NCBI RefSeq assembly: GCF_006345805.1
Contig: NC_043011.1
Span: 24,254,464 to 24,318,463 of the forward strand
DNA length: 64,000 bases
Direction: 5' to 3'
DNA from: Octopus sinensis
Taxonomy: Eukaryota
Shown here: in pieces, positions 56,267 to 64,000 of the stretch
How positions within the stretch are numbered: position 1 is the stretch's first letter
How the letters are laid out: the number at the start of each line of letters is the position of its first letter
Notes under the pieces: generated by a model
Told to the model about the DNA's origin: nothing
The model's database searches: none
What the model saw: the letters and a program-made list of their open reading frames with translations, nothing else
Made by a program: the position numbers and the translations under genes

Positions 56267-56486
56267 CCCTTTTGTTACCAACCCAGCTGAAACCGGCTCT
56301 GGCTCTGAGTACAAATGTCTTGTTTTCATAAGATCTGAATTAAAATCTTCCACCAAACTTTAGTCACAATTTATGCTCCTAACACTAGCTGAATGATAAC
56401 TATGTTATTTTACTAAATTCTTTGTCATATTTAAAGTAATTGAAAGAAACACAGAGCATCTCAAATTAAATACAGTGATGAAAGGG
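56267..56486. mobile_element. piggyBac-type MITE
   Basis: TTAA-ccctttt ... aaaggg-TTAA. Confidence 0.75.
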
Positions 56487-57712
56487 TTAAATATTAACAG
56501 TTTATCATTTGATCTCGGAATGTACATGTAAATTAGCATAGCCATTATAGGTAAGTATTGGTTTATGCTTGACTTAAATAGAAATTGCTATATATTTTCT
56601 TCAGGAGAAGATGGATGGATGGATGGATGGGAGTGTGCATGTTCTGCTCAATGACCAACTTACTCTGCAACTTGTCTGGACAATTTCTTTCCTTTTTCTG
56701 AGTGTGAAGAGAATTATCATCATCATCACCATCGTCATCATTTAAATCCATTTTTTCATGTTTGCACGGATCAGATGGAATTTGTTATGGCAGATTTTTA
56801 ATGATCAGACACCCTACCTGTCACCACCCCTTGCCTGTTTTCCTGGAGATATATATGGAGATATATATATCTCCATGGCCAGGTTTATTTTTCACTGAAA
56901 ACTGGAAATGAACAACATCACTTGTATGACAGTGATACTCATTTATTATACAACCATCACACAATGCAAAGACAAGGGTACACAAATGCACACACACACA
57001 CACATACACACACACACTCACACACACACACATACACACACACTCACACACACACACATAAGAAAATGTATTTACATATGTTTTACAGCAAAGAGCATGA
57101 AACTGCAGTTTCATCACTTTGATTCTCTCTTAGGCAATGTCAATCCAGCAACAACAAAAAAAATCAAGAAATAAAAACTTTAAAAAAATAATGTATGTAG
57201 AAAGCAGTTAAAGTTCACAAATTATAATATAACTAAATTAGGGGAGAAAAAAATCAAATTAATTGTTCATAAAAGTTCAGTTTAGAATGTCAGAGAATAC
57301 CGTAGATTATTATAACATGGACTGTTTTGAAAGACAACAACAGTATATGAAATACACAGAAAGAAAATTCCAGAACAATAATTCTTTTTGTAAACAAGGT
57401 ATGGGTATGTGGTTAAGAGCGTCACTTTGCAACCCCATGGTTTCAAATCCAGTCGATGCACCTACTATACTCCAGGAGGCCGACCGATGCCTTGTAAATG
57501 AATTTGGAAAACAGAATTTGTATGGTAGCCTGTTGTGTATCATCATCTTCATCATCATTATCATTGTCATTTAACGTCTGTTTTCTATGCTGGCATGGGT
57601 TGGATGGTTTGACAGGAGCCAAAAAGTCATGACCTTGCCAAGCTCAGCTGTCTGCTTTGGCATGGTTTCTGTGAGTGGATGACCTTCCTAGTGTCAAGCA
57701 CTTTACAGAGTG

Positions 57713-57744
<32 letters not shown>

Positions 57745-59567
57745 TTACGGAGTATATCCAAACTTACAGGGAAAAATTAGATTTAGGATTAAATCAAATT
57801 TCACAGTATAAATATAAATTAAATTAGAGATAAAACCACTAATAGTTGCCTAATAGTGGTTTTATCTCTAATTTAATTTATATATAAATATGTGTGTGTG
57901 TGCATGTAAGTATATGTATGTATATATGTGTGTATATATATGTATATGTGTCTATGTGTGTGTGTATTTGTGTTATTCCTCCCACTGCTTGCCAACTGGT
58001 GTTGGTTTGTTTACGTTTTCATGACTTAGTGGTTTGACAAAACAGACTAATAGATTATGCACCAGACTTAAAGAAGTTAAGTACTGAGGTCATTTTGTTA
58101 GACTGTCTCTATGTAAAAACATCATTCTGAGAGAGCATTGCACTAGCTGACATGTATAGATTTTCTTGACAGTGTAATGGTGATGTATATGAGTATGTGT
58201 AGTTTTATAATGCAATGTAGCCTTCCAACAAGATTTGCATTCTTTAAGAGTGCATCAGAATCAGGATGTAGTATCAGTGACTGCTTTAAAAAATTGAGTT
58301 AAACAGTCAGTGACATGGAGAAACCAATTTTGACATAATTTTGTCAAGTTGTGAAAATTCTAGATGTCATGTATTCTACAAAATTTAACAGTCTTTTTGA
58401 GCCAGTTTGCATGTCACATTTAGAGCAACATGAAAATTCATTAGATAGTGTGGCTGAGAAAAGTAATTTACATTAAAAGTATCTAAAATAATTATTTTGA
58501 TGTGGGAAGTGCTTGTGGTTAATGTTAATCCTGTTCTTCAACATTGACCGCTTTTTCATATATTCAAGTGCTTTTACATGTATTCAAGTACTGTTTATTT
58601 TATCAATTAGAAGTGTATTAAGGTTCATATCTTATTGAAACAACAATAGCTATATTGTTTGATGATTGTAAAAAAAAATATAAAAAACTCCACTAATATG
58701 AAAGCACAATAAATCATTCAAAATAATTACTCAGTATATTGTGTGATAAACTAACCATGATTTAATTTTACAGTTTGACATTCATAATCATCATCGTTAT
58801 CACCATTGTAGCATCCACTTTTCCATGTTTACATGAATCAGACTAAATTTGTTATGCTAGATTTTCTACAAATGGATGCCCTTTCTATTATCACCCCTCA
58901 CCTGTTTCCAAGCAAAAATAATATTTGTATTAATTCTTCGGTTATCAATGGCACTGTGGCCAGACAGGTTTCCATGGAAGATTGCAAATGGATGACACCA
59001 CTTGCATAACACTGATATTTGTTGATACTATTGTGTAATATCGAGACAAGGAGACACACACATATATGTGTGTATGTCAGTGACATGACTGTGTAGTAAG
59101 AAGTTTGCTTCCCAGCTTCTTGCTTCTGGGTTGGGTCCTATTGTGTGGCATGTTGAGCAAGTGTCTTCTACTATGGTCCTGGGCTGACTAAAGCCCAGAT
59201 TCAGTGGACAGAAACTGAAAGAAGCCTGTTACAGTATATTGGATAAGTATTATCCCTTAGTGGGTTGGATCCACAAACCCTAACTTTCTTGGTGTTATAT
59301 ATATATATATGTATATGTGTGTGTGTGTGTGTGTGTACATATGTGTTTGTCCTCCATTACTACTTGACAACTGGTGTCGGTTTGCTTACATCCTTGTAAC
59401 TTAGGAGGTTTGGCAAAAAAAAAAGACCAATAAAATGAATACCAGATTAAGAAAATGAAAAGTACTGAGGCCAAATTGTTCAACTAACATTTTAGCAGTA
59501 CCCCAGCATGGCCACAGTCTACTGACTGAAACAAGTCAAAGATAAAAGAGATATACACACACACATT

Positions 59568-60853
59568 CACAAATAGCATTCAAAAAGTATCCAACTTCAG
59601 TTTTTTCCTGCCAAAACTAATGCAGCAAGGGCAAAATCCCTTGGACAGAAGGTGATGCAGTCTTCCAGTGCATGTGTGAAAATTTTCATGATGGTTGGCC
59701 ACATCAGTTCCCAGAGTACAGATATGGAGTGTGCACTTGACAGATTTCCGTTTTTCACAAGATGACCAAACATATCAAGCAGAGATATTGCATCAAGTTT
59801 TGCCAAAACCTTCATGATGCTCAAGTTCAAACCATCCAGAGGATTGTGCATGGGCAAAGCTCTGATCAAGGATTGGTACAACGACTTCAGATATGGCTGC
59901 ACCTCAGTGGAGAGTGAGGCATGCTCAGGAAGGCCAATCACAAGCTGAAATGAGGAGCCAATTGAGAAGGTTCGGTAAATAATCACGGAAGACTGTTTTA
60001 TAACAATCCAGGAAATTGATCATGAAGTGGGAATAAGTACAGAATCAGTGCATTCCATTTTAATGGAAGATTTGTTCATGCAGAGGGTATCAAGGAATTT
60101 CACCCCCGAGGTGTTGGCAGAATAGTAGAAGCAACTCTGTATGGAAATTACTTAGCACATGCTGGACTGTACAAACCACAACCAAGACTTCATGAATACC
60201 ATCATCACATGGTTTTATGGTTATGACCTGGAAATCAAATTCCAGTTCTCCCAATGGAAGCATCCATCATCATCAAGGCCCAAAAAAGAACATGTTTGCA
60301 GCAATGTGAAGGTAATGTTGACCTGTTTCTTTGACTCCCATAGTATTGTGCATCATGAATATGTACCACAAGGCAAAACAATCAATAAGGAATACTACAT
60401 GGGGGTTATACATCAACTTTGTGATGCTGTGCATTGAACGTGGTCAGACACATGGGCAACAAAAAATTAGAAACTTCATCACAACAATGTGTCTGCTCAT
60501 TCCACTCACATAATCCAAACTTTCCTGGTCAAGAACAACACACCATTTGTTCAACAGGCTCCCTGTTCTCCCAGCTTGGCACTGTGTGACTCCTAGCTCT
60601 TCACCAAACTGAAAACCATGCTGAAAGGGAAGTGATTTGAATCACAAGAGGAAATTATGAGAAAAGCAACAGTGGAGCTACATAACATTCCAGAGAAGGC
60701 ATTCTGCAGGTGTTACCAGCAGTGGCAAAACTACAGGGAGAAGTGAGTGAACTCTCAAGACAAGTATTTTGAAGGTGATTAAATAAAATTTGTTAAATGT
60801 ACCAAACTGTTTTTTATGACCAAAGGTTGGATACAGTTTGAATGCACCTTGTA
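59568..60853 (+). mobile_element. Near full-length (~1.29 kb) decayed mariner, irritans-like
   Basis: TIRs gcattcaaaaagtatccaactt / aaggttggatacagtttgaatgc. ORF 60159 WFYGYDLEIKFQFSQWKHPSSSRPKK...VKVMLTCFFDSHSIVHHEYVPQGKTINKEYY; downstream HHNNVSAH and PCSPSLALCD remnants. Confidence 0.9.
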
Positions 60854-62401
60854 TATATACATATATATATATATTTATATGAACATGTACACCTGCACAA
60901 CAAGCTTATTTCAGTTTCCGTCTGCCAAGTCCCCTCATAATGCTTTGGTTGACACAGGACTATAGTACAAGAGTCTTGCACAAGGTAGGACTGAACCTGA
61001 AACCACATGGTTTGGAAGCATGCTTCTTAACCCTAAAGACGTGATGAAATATTGACTTTAAAAAAAATTTGTTTTCTTTTTAAGCACAAGGTTGGTAGAA
61101 AGAAAATGGTGATATTACCATTTACCTTTTATTTCTTACAGTCTTTGGATTGCAGCCTTGAGGATAACCTTCAAAGGTTTAGTCAGACAAATTGATGCCA
61201 GCACTTATTCTACCAGTCCCTTTTGCTACGCTGATAAGTTACAGGGACATAAACAAACTAACACTGGCTGTCAAATGGTGGCAGGGTACAAATACAAGCA
61301 CAAGGACACACACACATAGGTGTATACATATATGTGTGTGTGTGTGTATATATATATATCATCATCATTTAATGTCCATTTTTCATGCTGACATGGGTTG
61401 GATGGTCTGACAGGACCTGGCAAGCCAGAGAGCTACACTAGACTCCAATTCTCTGTTTTGGCATAGTTTCTATGGCTGGATGCCTTTCCTAATGTCAACC
61501 ACTTTACAGAGAGTACAGGGTGCTTTTTATGTGGCAACAAGCTTCAAGGCCTTGCACATAGCACCAGCACAGGTGCTTTTCTTGTGTGGTGCTAGCATGG
61601 GTGCTTTTTATGTGGCATCAAGTAGCTTGGTCACCAAGTAGCTTGCAAGAGAAGGATTTCACATGATGGCCTTCTTTGATTTTGCATGCTCAAATCCACT
61701 CACAAGGCCTTAGTTGGCCTGTGGCTATAGTAAAAAAACACTTACCCTAGGTTCCATACAGTGAGACTGAACCTGAGAACAAATGGCTGGGAAGCAAACA
61801 TGCTTGCGCCTTTGCTTACGTACATACATACATAGACACAAATACACACACATATATATTGCTTGAAAGGAAGTTACATTTTGAATTATTCTGTCTCCAG
61901 GTCTAACACTAGCATCAACTGGTGCTTGCAAAGCTTTAGCAGAGTCTATACCGTTTCAATTATTCAGGTCAGATCACTGATTTGAGGATAACTTTCATTC
62001 AACAGTTTCAGACGTCTTTAAAAAAAATACAGGTGTTACTCTTCTTCCATCTAGCTAAATCATATGATTTCTTTCTTTTCATTTGTGAAGGCACATGGCC
62101 TAGTGGTTAGAGCAGCAGACTCACAGTCGCGGGATCACAGGTTCGAATCTCAGACTGGGCGATGTGTGTGTTTATGAGCGAAACACCTAAGCTCCAGCAG
62201 AAGGTAATGGCAAACTTCTGATGACTCTTTCGCCACAACTTTCCCTCACTCTTTCCTCCTGCATCTTGCAGCTCACCTGTGATGGACCGGCATCCCATCC
62301 AGGTGGGGAACCTATATGCCAAGGAAACCGGGAAACCATCCCTTATGAACCAGGCATGGCACGAGAAGGAACAAACAAAAAAAAACTTTCTTTTCATTTA
62401 A

Positions 62402-62602
62402 CCCTTTTGTTCCAAAATTTATTTTGAAATACACTGCCTTCGTTTCAATTAATTGTAAAAATAATGAATTTTAGTAAAATAACTTTGTTGTTACCAAGCT
62501 AGTTTTTTTTTAGCTTGGAAGGTTTTAATTTAAATCACTTTAAACCAGGAAAGTGATATCATAAGAACAAGGACAGTCTCAGGCAGGATGGTATCAAAAG
62601 GG
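62402..62602. mobile_element. piggyBac-type MITE
   Basis: TTAA-ccctttt ... aaaaggg-TTAA. Confidence 0.75.
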
Positions 62603-62746
62603 TTAAAAAAATATATACCATGTTAAATATGGTACGGCATTGATCATTGCCTGGACCAATACTAGCCAAAACCTAAGTTTCTAAACACATCTTTGTTTCT
62701 CTTTAAGATGGCTATAGTATTTAAACTATTTGTTAAATAACAATGC

Positions 62747-62802
<56 letters not shown>

Positions 62803-63037
62803 ATACACACACACATGCATATATTCATGTGTACATATGTGTACACATATACACATACACTCACAATATATATATATGTATTATACACACACACACACAC
62901 ACATACATATATATATTCGTATATTGGCTTTTTCTTTTCGTCTTTTGATAGCCCACATGGGTGTGCTTCATCAGTCAAAGAATAAAAAGAAAGAAAAATA
63001 TCATAAATCTATTGAATATTCCTTATTGTTGCCACAG

Positions 63038-63455
63038 ATTTGACGAGACATAAATATTGATGATATTCACTAATGTTTAGTAATATTGGAAAAATTCACA
63101 TTCAGTTCACAAGACGTACCTGCAATTCTCTTTGGTAGCAGCTGTTGTGATGTTGAAATTGACCATATTATGACAGCTACAATGCATATGGATGATTAAT
63201 AAACATATATTTTAGTGGTTTTATTCTGATATAAAATATACAGGTTGATAATCAATTCGGTCATTGATTTCTTAAAGCAACTATATGCAAAGAATTTCTT
63301 CTTTGTTGCTCAGTGTTGATATGTAATAAAAATCATGTCTTATGTTGACTTATATCTTAGAAAGCCAAATTGGTTTTCTGCCAGCAATATGCTTAAACAG
63401 TATTTTGTCTTAGAAATTATTTAAATCTTACTACAGCTATACCTTAAAAATTATG
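63038..63455 (+). pseudogene. Long decayed plus-strand exon
   Basis: Bounded by ccttattgttgccacag| and tatg|gttat. 139 codons in one frame with 7 stops, including CLVILEKFTFSSQDVPAILFGSSCCDVEIDHIM and YRLIINSVIDFLKQLYAKNFFFVAQC*YVIKIMSYVDLYLRKPNWF. Confidence 0.5.
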
Positions 63456-63564
63456 GTTATTTTCAATTCAATATTTTAGACTCAGTTTTATTTTGGGATT
63501 TTTAAAGATAAATTTTCTTACTTTTTATTCTAAATACTTCAACTTTTTTATCCAATTTTACAAT

Positions 63565-63622
<58 letters not shown>

Positions 63623-64000
63623 AGCATTTGAATTTTATTCAGGATGTTAGACATCCCCTATAATAATAGGGGATGAAGAAGCAGATTTCAGTTCCAGAGA
63701 ATATCAAGTAAAATGTTATAACTAAAAGAGAAATTTTTCTAATTATCTTGCATGCATAAGCAAAAGCATAGTATTGTTATCACTCATCTTTGTTTGTGTG
63801 TTTGCAAAATTACTGGAAAACAGCTGAATGGATTTTCACCACATTTGGCAGAAATACTCATTGGGGGAGTGGCTCAAAATGATGATCATTTGGTTTGATT
63901 ATCTTTAAAAAAGAAAAGGATTTTTTAAAAAATCAAACTTGTAAATTTTCCGATAAGTAAGTGGTCATATTATTTTGTTCACTTTCTTTTCATATGAATT

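Larger units (their letters stand above)
47668..63455 (+). pseudogene. Decayed plus-strand exons dispersed among repeats (may continue the 27.6-32.8 kb gene)
   Basis: AG/GT-bounded segments: 47668-47793 IKAKAFVISDITIRYF*NERRLFIKNSEDLSVIDYKRLGSM; 51472-51599 IKENVKRNLNQIFLIKFRDRLEFKTFF*TEVNKYLRHLLI*K; about 53780-53910 MELKSGICLSELLFYMLRSAVFNSKLIM; 55920-56203; 63038-63455. Confidence 0.5.

Noticed and set aside
59597-59986. 129-aa minus-strand ORF
   Set aside because: It is antisense to the mariner transposase N-terminal region.

Overview
AT-rich, microsatellite-rich animal genomic DNA. The SINE families look like those of Octopus (coleoid cephalopod; inference). I cannot support any intact protein-coding gene; most ORFs in the track are microsatellite translations or transposon debris. 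The best-supported non-repeat signal is two sets of splice-bounded, stop-interrupted exon relics pointing away from a CpG-retaining island centred near 27.5-27.9 kb. The minus-strand set lies at about 1.6-21.4 kb, with possible 5' exons up to 27.9 kb. The plus-strand set lies at about 27.6-32.8 kb and 47-63.5 kb. I read these as a head-to-head pair of decayed, unidentified genes. The rest is tRNA-derived SINEs (including a 7-copy tandem array), RTE, Jockey-like, R4/Dong and Penelope retroelement fragments, two decayed mariners, hAT, piggyBac and pogo MITEs, and foldback elements. All translations were done by eye. Frame choice in decayed exons is uncertain, and no homology search was possible.
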